DNA of 64,000 nucleotides. Source: a virus. Its lineage: Duplodnaviria; Caudoviricetes. Positions within the stretch are counted from its first letter, which is position 1, and every line of letters begins with the position of its first letter. Below, in pieces: positions 29,901 through 38,945 of this stretch. The notes beneath the pieces were generated by a model. It was not told the DNA's origin. It searched no databases and saw only the letters and a list, made by a program, of their open reading frames with translations. The stretch is from the IMG/VR virus record IMGVR_UViG_3300024322_000001. The stretch is one strand, 5' to 3'. The position numbers and the translations under genes are program-made.

Positions 29901-31400
29901 AAGACTAAAATGTCCTGATGCATCTGAGGCTGATGTGATAGTAATAGAATCGCTTTCTGAATCCGTAAAATATATTCTACTTACTAGCCCAGATACTGCA
30001 CTTTCATTTCTAGATGTGCTAAATGAACTAATTTGATTACCCGATATAGAAGTTTCTCTAAATATAGGGGCAGTGTTAGCAGTAACATTTAAATATATTG
30101 TTTTAGTACTAAATCCTCCAATTGTGTCTGTTGCTCTAATTACGACCGGGTGTGCTAGTGTTCCATCACCTCTATTGTCTGTATTAAAGTTTTCTGCTAT
30201 CGGTAAAACATTTAGTTTTAACACTCCATTCTCTATAGTAGCAAAATTCTCTGTATAAGTAGGGTCTATTGTAAAAGTAATAGCTTGAGATTCAGCATCT
30301 GAACCTGCTAAAGTTACTATTGAACTTCCAGAAGGAGTAAATTCTGCAATTGTTTGATTACCTGTTGTGATAGATGGTGCAGAGTTTGGATAAAACATTG
30401 CATCCAAGAAATCTGTTACTGTTCCTTCACTTCCAGGATTAAATGTATTGAATAAAGGATGAGCTGTGTTAGAAATTATTCTATTACCGTCATATGCAAC
30501 ATCTGAAGATGTTATAAACCCAAATTCTTCAATTTGTGCTGATGAGGATACTGTTCCTGAGGGTATACTTGCTCCACTTCCAGCATTTGCTAATTCAACC
30601 CACTCTCCGTTATGAGCAAAGTATGCTTTACCTGTTGCATGTACATGAGCAAACATTCCGTGATATGTAGATGCATTAGGTAAATCTGCTAATTGAGAAT
30701 ATACATTTCCAAATAGGACTTTGTTACCCCCCATATCTAAATCACCAGAAGTTACTGCTGATAGTATCTGAGTTGAAGATGATACTGTGCCTTCGGGAGT
30801 GCTGTCTCCACCTGCACCAAATCCTAAAGCAGATATTTGTGCTGAAGATGAAATAATACTTGAAGGTATACCTACTAAGTCATCATATGTACTTCCTGTT
30901 ATAAATCCTAATTCACTTATCTGTAAAGAAGATGATACTGTCCCACTTGGTACTTCTGCATCTACATCAAATCCTAAAGCAGTTATTTGTTCAGAAGATG
31001 ATATAATAAGTGCTGGTAACTCATTTAAAAATCCTAATCCTGATATTTGAGCAGAAGAGGATATTACATTACTTAAATCAGAGTCAACTAAATAAGAAGA
31101 AGTTGCTGCATTAAGTCCAGATATAGAGTTATTTAAAGAAGAAGAAAGAACATCTACTTCGTTTGATATAGAACCTGTAAAGTTATTTAAAGGAAGTAAG
31201 GAAGTGGTACTGCCACCGCCTGATTCTAATGCTTCAATACGATTTATTACATCAGTACCGTTGAAAGTTAATTTAGAACCCGTTATATTTAGAGAACCAG
31301 TTAAATGTAGGGATTCTATACCAGGGATAAGCTGGATAGGAGTTGAGCCGCTTCTTTCGAATGCTAACGAGCCTGATAATTTGCCGGTGAACTTAGTCAT
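26907..31400 (-). CDS. Large virion protein with tandem cadherin/Ig-like repeats
   Basis: 1497 aa; ~100-aa repeats with N.AP, D.EG motifs; N-terminal SSS.QI..LGF repeats. Confidence 0.7.
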   Translation of the reverse strand: MTKFTGKLSGSLAFERSGSTPIQLIPGIESLHLTGSLNITGSKLTFNGTDVINRIEALESGGGSTTSLLPLNNFTGSISNEVDVLSSSLNNSISGLNAATSSYLVDSDLSNVISSSAQISGLGFLNELPALIISSSEQITALGFDVDAEVPSGTVSSSLQISELGFITGSTYDDLVGIPSSIISSSAQISALGFGAGGDSTPEGTVSSSTQILSAVTSGDLDMGGNKVLFGNVYSQLADLPNASTYHGMFAHVHATGKAYFAHNGEWVELANAGSGASIPSGTVSSSAQIEEFGFITSSDVAYDGNRIISNTAHPLFNTFNPGSEGTVTDFLDAMFYPNSAPSITTGNQTIAEFTPSGSSIVTLAGSDAESQAITFTIDPTYTENFATIENGVLKLNVLPIAENFNTDNRGDGTLAHPVVIRATDTIGGFSTKTIYLNVTANTAPIFRETSISGNQISSFSTSRNESAVSGLVSRIYFTDSESDSITITSASDASGHFSLTKYATYVELRQVTSSLDYESITSYNMSITASDEHAVAGDDADAVTMLPISITVVDNAQPTVNNQTLTGVNESSIDGTTAGSITATDPEGNTITFANARLHSLELDGNPVATGSYSGTSAATDPHEDAFSISTNGVVTRKAGVLLNSDIINKYIYEVRVTDAYNTGTDKGLISIPIADDTTPSISGDTTLYVIESAVNGDNIYDNSNGYSGTVSIFSSNQSVTWSVSSSNDFTIDSSGYLFAGRDISGSATAGGSQIDGVVTATNSFGSFSTQAFSVNVTDNQAPNITFSNTSANLNTNKARANSNNLVTITFSDPEGNALDHDSFSATFAGANLTAVKSGDSYLIRATDTLAAGNYQITASISDQQGFATRTSTHNFTIAQAVVGSLSVNGTLYVIESAESGDSIVLGTSGRSGTQGDLSVAYSPSYGSQAVQAFTSSNALIAVNSNGNLTVGNDISGSGNVGGSTISSTINFQDQYGNIGSGSITVNITDNAAPTIYFSDTAGNHNTNLARPGNTLTTVSFSDNEGDGIDYGSFILTDASGKLNAVKSGNSYLIQPNTNLPAATYTYSVSITDEHGFATSTESDSFTVAQADNGTLNGDTTIYVIESAESGDVFRDATGYNNGNAADVGVSYSTSYGSPSVQAFTSSNAAIVINSNGNLSLGVDISGSATSSGDTIVSTITYQDQFGNIGSGTVTANVFANLAPSVSISLSSGLKEGEISNGTNVGTISVGDTESDYPITLTLSGTDASDFTVTSANENGTLWNITANSSLTAGTYSFTANATDSFDKVGTDSDSITVAAPAVSWYAYMYEGGVYATSEANALTMLGDANDDGTTDANSTFAAFAGGNIGQGTITHTIHSGLGITKTIEVGSGLGLSGDRTTALLSDLNQATGSQGNSSLVIVFPSGSDFTLPKTMANSVGGATAGEYVLFADRVGTGINDAPQSAYVRYFDFDSGNTYPNTSIDRFGVLFTQGDATSDITYFLMASSGSAPSSTQ

Positions 31401-31471
31401 CTACTTTTATTAATTTTATCTATAGGTATAACCGACGGAATTTCACCCTTTACAATAAATAGGACCTTTCT

Positions 31472-32329
31472 TTAAAGATCAGTCTCTGTTTCTGCACCAA
31501 ATTTTAACTCAGATTTAGTATAGAATTTTCTATTATTATGCGGGTGTGCGTTAATTGCGTCAGTTATTATATGTCCTAATAGGTTTATTTGAAATTCTGT
31601 TTTTATTATTCTATCATTACCTTGTACTATCTCTGCTGATGTAGTATAGTTGTTAATTTGTGCTCTAAATCTAAATTTACTTGGATCTCCCCAGTAGGAA
31701 TCAGAAGCAAAGTTAATACCTTCTATTATTTTGTTGTTTTGTTCAACATAATCGGTAAATATAATACAAGAATATACAATGTTTACATAATCAGGAATAG
31801 CAACTGCGTAATATTCCTCTACAGGCTTTCTACTATTAAGTACACCGAATCTATCGTAAATATTCTTCTTTGAAAATTCTTTTTTGAAGATGCCGAAGTT
31901 ATTTGGATTATTACCATCCATCTTATTACCTAACTGCCTGTTTTTTTCTAAACTATCCCTTCTAAACACAATTAACGGTGCTTGCATTTTACCGTTTTTA
32001 TCTCTATAGTATCCATCTTTCTGCATCGAAGCCCATCTTTCGGGAGATCCATATACAAGTGGTACGTTTATAGTTTTTCCGTTCTGTATTACTTGAGGTC
32101 TTAGTATTTCATTAAAATAAAAGTAAATAGATTCATCTATATCTTTTATCCCGACAGTTATGTTTTTAACTTTATCGTTTTTTCTACTTATTTGATTAGC
32201 CCTACTTTTAGTAGAATCTACTTCATACTTTCCGTTGATTGGAGCGCCAGTATCTGGATTAACATAGTTTTTTAGGCTATCTTGTGATAACCTTGCTTGA
32301 CTTTTCGGTGTTGGTTTATTTCCTGCCAT
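31472..32329 (-). CDS. Tail terminator/sheath stabiliser (gp15-like)
   Basis: VPLVYGSPERW motif, neck-cluster synteny. Confidence 0.6.
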   Translation of the reverse strand: MAGNKPTPKSQARLSQDSLKNYVNPDTGAPINGKYEVDSTKSRANQISRKNDKVKNITVGIKDIDESIYFYFNEILRPQVIQNGKTINVPLVYGSPERWASMQKDGYYRDKNGKMQAPLIVFRRDSLEKNRQLGNKMDGNNPNNFGIFKKEFSKKNIYDRFGVLNSRKPVEEYYAVAIPDYVNIVYSCIIFTDYVEQNNKIIEGINFASDSYWGDPSKFRFRAQINNYTTSAEIVQGNDRIIKTEFQINLLGHIITDAINAHPHNNRKFYTKSELKFGAETETDL

Positions 32330-32330
32330 A

Positions 32331-32816
32331 TTATCTTACTTCTGTTAGTCCTACTCTATCTGCTCTTGTTAAATGGCAATCAACAGTTATAGAAACTGAT
32401 GATCCAAATCCAGAAGCATAGTTAGATAGGTTATACGATTTATCTCTACCTAAGAATAGTTGATTTTCTCTTACTGAATCTACTTCATAGAAGTCATTAT
32501 GCCATTGAATGATGTCTCCTACTTCCGGAACTACCTGAGAGTCTGCTAAATCCTGTCTAATAAATGCAAATGATGCTTCTCTACCTAAATCTACACCAAA
32601 TTCCTGTACATCGTATACTTGATCACCTCTGGTTATTAAGCAATACATCTTAATTGCATTCCAATATGTCTTTTCTAATGCTTCTCCGTATAAATTAACG
32701 TCTAAATCCTCTAAACTGAGTTTATGGTATAGTACTTCCTGTTCAATTATGTCTTTTAAAAGCTCACGATTGATGTTTACAAGTAAATCAAAGTCTCTAT
32801 TAGATCCAAATAGCAT
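32331..32816 (-). CDS. Head closure/neck protein (gp14-like)
   Basis: NLYGEA, FGVD, PEVGDII.W...FYEV. Confidence 0.65.
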   Translation of the reverse strand: MLFGSNRDFDLLVNINRELLKDIIEQEVLYHKLSLEDLDVNLYGEALEKTYWNAIKMYCLITRGDQVYDVQEFGVDLGREASFAFIRQDLADSQVVPEVGDIIQWHNDFYEVDSVRENQLFLGRDKSYNLSNYASGFGSSVSITVDCHLTRADRVGLTEVR

Positions 32817-33115
32817 TATTTTTCTTCTATTGTTTGTTCACCTACTTCTATCACAGCTATATCACTGTATTTAGCTTTGGCATTAGTTTTTAAAGCGTCA
32901 AAAGCTTCTTTAGCTTCTTTTTGGCTTATTATCTTTACTTTATAGGTAGCTCTATTATTAGTACTGTCTTTAGAAGCTACAGTACAGGTAGTTACACCAG
33001 GTAAAGCACGAATAGCATCGTCATACCCTTCAGGGCCGTCTTCAGTAAAGGTAACTTGTACCATTGCCTCGTACGTTCTGTACTCTATTTCTAATATAAT
33101 ATCTAATAACTTCAT
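32816..33115 (-). CDS. Hypothetical protein with MKLxxIILE leader
   Basis: 99 aa; IRALPGVT core. Confidence 0.65.
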   Translation of the reverse strand: MKLLDIILEIEYRTYEAMVQVTFTEDGPEGYDDAIRALPGVTTCTVASKDSTNNRATYKVKIISQKEAKEAFDALKTNAKAKYSDIAVIEVGEQTIEEK

Positions 33116-34257
33116 TAACCTACGTATATTGTCATTGGAATTGATTTTAAGATGTTTTCTACATCTTCTGATTCTTTAGCTTGTGCATCCAACTGGGCTG
33201 ACCTACCTGTTGAGGTTAAAGTTTCTCTTAATTGAGTTAAGAGTGCTGTTTTTTCTGCCCTAGCATCGGTTAATAAGTCGGCTTGATTGAGAGTCGCTTC
33301 AGAACCAGGTACTGGTACTGTTTGATACTTACCTCTTATATAACCTAGCACCTCTTTTGATAAAGCTAACGTGTAGTTGAATATCCATTGACGTCCTACG
33401 CTGTTTATACCTTTATATTCTGGGTTAGAGTAAGGTACTTCTCCTATATTTGTTATAAGACCTGGGTCATTGTTAAAGTTTAGCTTAGATTTATCAACAT
33501 TCTTATAGTATTCGAAGTGCATCTTACCATTTCGACTAGGTATAGGGAATAATCTAAGAGTATTATTTACTATTTCAAAGGAATAAGTAGATTTTCTTAC
33601 TTGATCGTTAAATTCAATAGCTTGAGTCTTTAATATGTCATAAGATGTAGGCATCATTAAGAAATTGACACCGGGACTAAATGATCCGAAGTCAAAAGCT
33701 GTCATTAAAGACTGTACTCCTGTACCTGTACCGGCATATGGGTCAAAATAACGTAATATTGCTGGTGGTGCTTCGTAATACACCTTTCTTATCTCTATAC
33801 CACCTGTTATTCCTTCATTCTCTGCCCATTCATTTAAATCGTAATTCTGTTGATTACCTATAGTATCTATAGAACCTGTATACCTATTTACATTACCGCC
33901 AACTCCTGCTTCAGTCCCGTAATGTCTTGATATTTCAACTATTCTGCTGATGGTAGGATCTACTAATTGATTATTTACTTGACTCCCTGTTGAGACTCCT
34001 TCTAGGCTTAGATAATTTTCTCTAATCTTATAAGTAAATACTTCATTACCGTAAGTTGTTATTGCTTCTTCAAAGCATGCAAACATTTGTTCTTGCTTTA
34101 ACTCTACATCCATAAGAGGGTATCCTAAACGAGTACCCACAAATTTTGCTACTTTTACAGCATCAGATTGAAAAGCCTGATCACTATCGTAGAACCCGAA
34201 AGGAGTATCTCCTGGGGTAAACGTAGCAGTGCCGTCCCATATTTGTATATTTGCCAT
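33115..34257 (-). CDS. Neck/head-tail adaptor protein (gp13-like)
   Basis: RLGYPLMDVEL, WIFNYTLALSKE.LG.IRGKY. Confidence 0.75.
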   Translation of the reverse strand: MANIQIWDGTATFTPGDTPFGFYDSDQAFQSDAVKVAKFVGTRLGYPLMDVELKQEQMFACFEEAITTYGNEVFTYKIRENYLSLEGVSTGSQVNNQLVDPTISRIVEISRHYGTEAGVGGNVNRYTGSIDTIGNQQNYDLNEWAENEGITGGIEIRKVYYEAPPAILRYFDPYAGTGTGVQSLMTAFDFGSFSPGVNFLMMPTSYDILKTQAIEFNDQVRKSTYSFEIVNNTLRLFPIPSRNGKMHFEYYKNVDKSKLNFNNDPGLITNIGEVPYSNPEYKGINSVGRQWIFNYTLALSKEVLGYIRGKYQTVPVPGSEATLNQADLLTDARAEKTALLTQLRETLTSTGRSAQLDAQAKESEDVENILKSIPMTIYVG

Positions 34258-34271
34258 TACTTAAAGTTTTA

Positions 34272-34279
34272 TATAAATA
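34272..34279 (-). promoter_or_regulatory. Late-promoter-like TATTTATA upstream of neck gene
   Basis: Recurrent upstream octamer. Confidence 0.5.
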
Positions 34280-34283
34280 GCGT

Positions 34284-34970
34284 TTAATCTCTAAAGGTTT
34301 TATATACGTTCAATAGAGGTGCAACTATATCATGTCTGTGGTTCTTAGCTAGTGAATGAGTCACAAAGCCCTCTACTTGTTCTTCTAACCTACTTAGGAA
34401 GCTAAATCCTGTATCTCTTTTGTCTCTTAAGTCGATTTGAGCTAAGTCTCCACATATAGCCATCTTAGAACCTTGCCCTAACCTGCCTATTACTGTTTCC
34501 ATTTGAGAATGAGTAACATTCTGTGCTTCATCTACGATTACAAAAGAATTTAGAAAAGTTCTACCTCTCATAAAAGCAAAAGGTACTATTTCTATATTAC
34601 CATTATCCATTTCCTTACGTACCTTTGCCTCATTATACAGCATGAATAAATTATGATAGATTGGTGCTAACCATGGGTCCATTTTTTCACGTATATCTCC
34701 TGGTAGAAATCCTATCTCTTCTTTAGCTACTGTTGGACGGGTTATTATTATCTTATCTATACGTTTGGTAAATAGTAAATCGAGAGCAACTTGTGTAGCT
34801 ACTAGAGTTTTTCCGCTTCCGGCCATTCCTTTCAAAACTGTTACAGGATTTTCTAGTATTAATTTTTTTGCTTTCTTCTGCTCTTCATTAAGTTGGACTT
34901 TAAACTTTATTGGATTCTTCGGTCTTCTCTTATTTGCGAAAACCTCGTCGTGGTAGTTGTTACTAGCCAT
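34284..34970 (-). CDS. phoH: PhoH-family ATPase
   Basis: GMAGSGKT, IGFLPGD, AFMRGRTF, DEAQN, GDLAQID. Confidence 0.95.
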   Translation of the reverse strand: MASNNYHDEVFANKRRPKNPIKFKVQLNEEQKKAKKLILENPVTVLKGMAGSGKTLVATQVALDLLFTKRIDKIIITRPTVAKEEIGFLPGDIREKMDPWLAPIYHNLFMLYNEAKVRKEMDNGNIEIVPFAFMRGRTFLNSFVIVDEAQNVTHSQMETVIGRLGQGSKMAICGDLAQIDLRDKRDTGFSFLSRLEEQVEGFVTHSLAKNHRHDIVAPLLNVYKTFRD

Positions 34971-35016
34971 ATATAAGTGTATTAAAACTATTACTGTTTC
35001 TTACTTATAAATAGAC

Positions 35017-35042
35017 AAAAAAAAAGAGGCCCGAAGGCCTCT
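35017..35042 (-). terminator. Rho-independent terminator after the major capsid gene
   Basis: AGAGGCC-TTCG-GGCCTCT (C-UUCG-G tetraloop) followed by a T run on the minus strand. Confidence 0.9.
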
Positions 35043-35066
35043 CTTTATAAAAAATCTAAGTTTAGA

Positions 35067-36650
35067 TTATACCTGAGCTAAATCAGATACGTAAATCTTA
35101 CCGTAGAATTCTGGACGAATCATCTTCTTAGCATAACGAGTCATCAATCCTTTACGTGGAGTAAAGGTATCTGGATCGTATACTAGAGGAGTCATCATTA
35201 ATGGTACGTAAGGAGCATATACTGCACCTGCTTCCAAGAACTGTCCACCTCTATAACCAGTTAAGATTACGTTTTCAGTCATGTAAGGGTTTTTGTATAC
35301 TTGGAATCTGTTCGCTAAAGAACCGATTTTCTGTACGCCCATTGCAAATTGAGCTTTATCACCGTCAGTTTGTGCAGCATATCCAGGAATTGATTCTAGG
35401 ATTGTTGCAACAGAAGGAGAACATACTACGAAATTTGCTCCACCTCTTAACGTTTTTTGGTGAATCTTGTTAGAAACTTTCTGTAGTTTAGTACCTAAAG
35501 TTTGGAACCACTGACCTTGAGTGTTGTAGAAATCAGAAGTACCTGTAGACCAAGCTGATCCATCCCATACTTTATTGTTTTCTGCAGACCACTTTTCAGT
35601 TGTAGCAGCACCTTGGATTAACATATCAAGTAATTCAAGATCGATCTCCATAGAGATGTACTCAGATAACATTGAAGTCAATTCTGCTTCAGCGTCAATT
35701 GAATGATAAGCATTCAAATCTTGAGCGAATTCTGGAGTCCACTGTGCTTTTAACTTTCTAGTCTTAGCAACAATCGCCTCAGAAGCTAACTGTACGTCGA
35801 TTTCTGGAATAGAAACTGAAGGACTTACATTGTTACCGTCTGCTCCAGAAGCTTCAAAGTCACCTCTTGTGTTATCACCTGGTTGTACGTGGTATTTGAT
35901 TTTCTTGTTACCTGAAGAACCAGCGTCTCCAGTTGCAACAACGAATACGATGTCTGAACCATCTACTCTTGTGTACTGTCCGTAAGAAGCAATACCGTCA
36001 AGTTGGAAAGCTCTTACACCTTCTAAATCTGCATCAGCAGGAGCTGCTAATGTTACAGTATCGAAAGCAGTTAAGTCTAAACTTGCATCGTATCCTACAT
36101 CTGCTAATGAAGCAGTTGCTTGTACAGTTGCAGAAATGTTTCCTGAAGTTTTCTCGTTAATAGAGTAACCGAACTGTCCAGCGCCGTAAAGACCACCAGC
36201 AACGTCAGTATCTACTGCCATTTTAGATGATGCTTCAGTTACGTTACCGTACATGTTGTCTCCGTCACCTCTACCGTTTACAGCAGAACCATATTTAAAG
36301 TCTAGATAAAATACTAGACCTGAAGGTAGGTTCATTGGTTGTACACTTACAAAGTCTTGCGCTACGATTTGAGCGAATACTTTTCTTACAAGTGGTAAAG
36401 CAACACCAGCCCACTGCTCACCTGCACCAGCTGTAAAGCCAGCACCTGTTCCAGAAGCACCTGTGTTGTTTGCTTCAGCTACGATTTGTTTTGCTTGGTT
36501 TTCAAGTACCATTGCCATGTTGTTTTTGGCTTTTTCGTCTTGAATTCCTTCCAACAAACCAGAAGCTGACCACTTATCAGCCAAACGCGCTGCGTCTGCC
36601 TGTAGGCTCTTAAAATTGTTAGAGCTTTCTAATAATTGGTTTAATTCCAT
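35067..36650 (-). CDS. gp23: Major capsid protein (gp23-like)
   Basis: VQPMNLPSGLVFYLDF, AKTRKLKAQWTPEFAQDLNAYH.IDAEAEL, YAPYVPL, TRYA. Confidence 0.95.
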   Translation of the reverse strand: MELNQLLESSNNFKSLQADAARLADKWSASGLLEGIQDEKAKNNMAMVLENQAKQIVAEANNTGASGTGAGFTAGAGEQWAGVALPLVRKVFAQIVAQDFVSVQPMNLPSGLVFYLDFKYGSAVNGRGDGDNMYGNVTEASSKMAVDTDVAGGLYGAGQFGYSINEKTSGNISATVQATASLADVGYDASLDLTAFDTVTLAAPADADLEGVRAFQLDGIASYGQYTRVDGSDIVFVVATGDAGSSGNKKIKYHVQPGDNTRGDFEASGADGNNVSPSVSIPEIDVQLASEAIVAKTRKLKAQWTPEFAQDLNAYHSIDAEAELTSMLSEYISMEIDLELLDMLIQGAATTEKWSAENNKVWDGSAWSTGTSDFYNTQGQWFQTLGTKLQKVSNKIHQKTLRGGANFVVCSPSVATILESIPGYAAQTDGDKAQFAMGVQKIGSLANRFQVYKNPYMTENVILTGYRGGQFLEAGAVYAPYVPLMMTPLVYDPDTFTPRKGLMTRYAKKMIRPEFYGKIYVSDLAQV

Positions 36651-36673
36651 GATTTAATTTTTTTTGGATAATG

Positions 36674-37699
36674 TTATTTAATAATTCCAGCTAATTTTTG
36701 CATTCTCTGAACTGCAGAGGAAACTTCGCTAATCACTTCTGGCTTACTTGCTGTAGTTCCAGTTGCTTTGCTTGCTCTTCCTTTGTGTTCTTTGATAGTA
36801 GTCTCTTTTTTAATAACTACATTTTCGTTAACTGTTTCAAATACTAACTTAACTTCTTTAACTGTTTCAGCTTTATCGAAAGCAGCAATAATGTTTACTT
36901 TTTGTGCTTCGTTTAAGTTGTTAGCTTTGAAAATTTTGTTTACATAAAGTAACTTAGAGTTTAGTAAATTAACTTCGTTAAGTTCACTTCTCAAAGTTTC
37001 GATAGTTTCTAAAGCGCTTTTAAGTTCTTCTTTAGTTTCTTCATTAACAGGAGCTTCAATTGCAACTTCTTCCATTGCATCTTCTTCTTTCTTACCTTCT
37101 TCCATTTCTTCTTCGCTTTCGCCTTCTGAAATAGCATCAAGTTCTGCTAATAATTCGTCTAAGTCAATCTCTTCGTCACCTTCTTCGCCAGCCATAGGAT
37201 CGCCCTCGCCTGGTTCTTCTAATTCTGCTCCAGCGTCTAAATCAGCTCCAACTTCAGCTCCCATATCTTCAGCACCTCCGCCCATTTCTTGTGCGATAAT
37301 GTCTCTGATTAGGTCTTTGAAATCTTCAACTGAAAGATCTGATAGATCTTCGTCGTCTGCTGGCTCATCCTCAGATGCAACTTCTTCTTCTTCAGCCTCG
37401 TCTGCAGCTTCTTCTGCATCATCCTCAGCTTCTTCCATTGCTTCTTCTTCACTGTAAGATCCTTCTTCTACTTCTTCTTCGGCTACTTCAGTAGTTACTT
37501 CTTCTACATCATCTTCCATTTCGTTTACTACTTCTTCTTCAACAGATGAATCTTCCATCTCTTGTAGTTTAGCAGCTAACATATCTTTTAGATGAGGAGT
37601 CAAAGACTCTTCTAAAGCTTCCTTAGCGTTAGCAATAGCGGCTTCTCTTACAGACTTAGCTTCAGCAATAGCTTGCTTGAATAAATCTTTGTTTGCCAT
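36674..37699 (-). CDS. Prohead scaffolding/core protein (gp22-like role)
   Basis: Very acidic, coiled-coil, directly upstream of MCP, C-terminal RMQKLAGI. Confidence 0.75.
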   Translation of the reverse strand: MANKDLFKQAIAEAKSVREAAIANAKEALEESLTPHLKDMLAAKLQEMEDSSVEEEVVNEMEDDVEEVTTEVAEEEVEEGSYSEEEAMEEAEDDAEEAADEAEEEEVASEDEPADDEDLSDLSVEDFKDLIRDIIAQEMGGGAEDMGAEVGADLDAGAELEEPGEGDPMAGEEGDEEIDLDELLAELDAISEGESEEEMEEGKKEEDAMEEVAIEAPVNEETKEELKSALETIETLRSELNEVNLLNSKLLYVNKIFKANNLNEAQKVNIIAAFDKAETVKEVKLVFETVNENVVIKKETTIKEHKGRASKATGTTASKPEVISEVSSAVQRMQKLAGIIK

Positions 37700-37723
37700 T
37701 TTTTAAAATAATTGTTTGATTTC

Positions 37724-37786
37724 TGTAGTTATTGAGAACTACAATAGGAAATTTAAATAAAATCGATACAGTATAAGAGACTGTAT
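37724..37786 (-). promoter_or_regulatory. Twin hairpins in the 5' leader of the scaffold-capsid operon
   Basis: Perfect 7-bp stems at 37724-37743 and 37766-37786 with similar loops; TATTTATA motif at 37794-37801. Confidence 0.55.
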
Positions 37787-37828
37787 ATTCTTATATAAAT
37801 ATATACTTTTTCAGAAAACTGAAAATAT

Positions 37829-38356
37829 TTATGCAGATGCTGCAACAGCACCAGCTATCTCTGCTCCGACTACTGCTATATCTCTTCCTTTTAGTGCTGC
37901 TTTTACTGCTCCTATAGTAGCGGTTGCTACATTAGCACCTCTAAGAGCTTGCATTGCTCCTATACCTGCTTTGATACCTAATCCTGCTAACATAGCTATA
38001 AATAATCCTTTAGCAACTAATTCTCTTTTCTTTTCATCTCTTACGAAAGGCTTAATAAAACCTGAGATAGCTTTAACTATGTTAACTTCATTATTATGTG
38101 CCCATTTATGAACTGCATCAGCTTTATCAGCTGCTTTATCTAAACCTAGTTTTTTAAGTCCTTTAGCAGCATACTTACCTAAAACGTCTAGTACTGTATT
38201 AGAAGCAAGTGCCCATCCTAATATACCTACTACAGATATAACTTCATTAACTTGTCCTTCTTCTCCTTGTTTACCAAACTCGGCTTCCATAGCTTTTGCT
38301 AATTCTTGACCTAATTGAGTTTCGTCGCTTTCTAATATTATGTGTGCTAATTTCAT
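37829..38356 (-). CDS. Hypothetical protein with MKLxxIILE leader and hydrophobic helices
   Basis: MKLAHIILE.S; VISVVGILGWALA and GLFIAMLAGLGI segments. Confidence 0.65.
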   Translation of the reverse strand: MKLAHIILESDETQLGQELAKAMEAEFGKQGEEGQVNEVISVVGILGWALASNTVLDVLGKYAAKGLKKLGLDKAADKADAVHKWAHNNEVNIVKAISGFIKPFVRDEKKRELVAKGLFIAMLAGLGIKAGIGAMQALRGANVATATIGAVKAALKGRDIAVVGAEIAGAVAASA

Positions 38357-38934
38357 TATGCTCTTAATATATCATTTATAATAGAATCTAAGTTTTGAAA
38401 TTTAGATACTTTTATTTTACCTTCTGATAATGCTACTGGGTTCATAAATGCACCGTGAGTAGAAGGATTTGAAACAAAATCCCAACATACTAGTTCGAAA
38501 TCGTCTTGCACTTCTAATGCACCTTCATTTGTTTGCTGTACTGATCCTGTACCTCTAGATGAGATACCGATTGTATGGCCTGCTTTTATGATTTCTTTTA
38601 CGATGTTTCCGGAAGGAGTATTTAATAACTCTACACGTCCCATAAGGTCGTTTCCTTTCCACCATAAGTCTTTTACTATGTGAGAGGCGTTCTTAAGAGA
38701 GACAATAGGAGACTCAGGGTGATCAAGTTCTCCGAATGCATTACCATTCTCTACAAACTCTTTTATGTACTTTGAGCATTCTCTCTCTAAAATAGGCTTA
38801 CTATATGTACGTCCATTTTGGTTTTTAGATACTGCTCTCTGCATAACCCCTTCGACTTCGTATACACCGGGTCTTTCCTTAGATTCTCTAAGAATTGATT
38901 TGAATGGTGTTACGTCTACTAATAATTGTGCCAT
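38356..38934 (-). CDS. gp21: Prohead maturation protease (gp21-like)
   Basis: NQNGRTY, GELDHP, GISSRGTGS, DFVSNPS. Confidence 0.92.
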   Translation of the reverse strand: MAQLLVDVTPFKSILRESKERPGVYEVEGVMQRAVSKNQNGRTYSKPILERECSKYIKEFVENGNAFGELDHPESPIVSLKNASHIVKDLWWKGNDLMGRVELLNTPSGNIVKEIIKAGHTIGISSRGTGSVQQTNEGALEVQDDFELVCWDFVSNPSTHGAFMNPVALSEGKIKVSKFQNLDSIINDILRA

Positions 38935-38945
38935 GTTGTATTATT

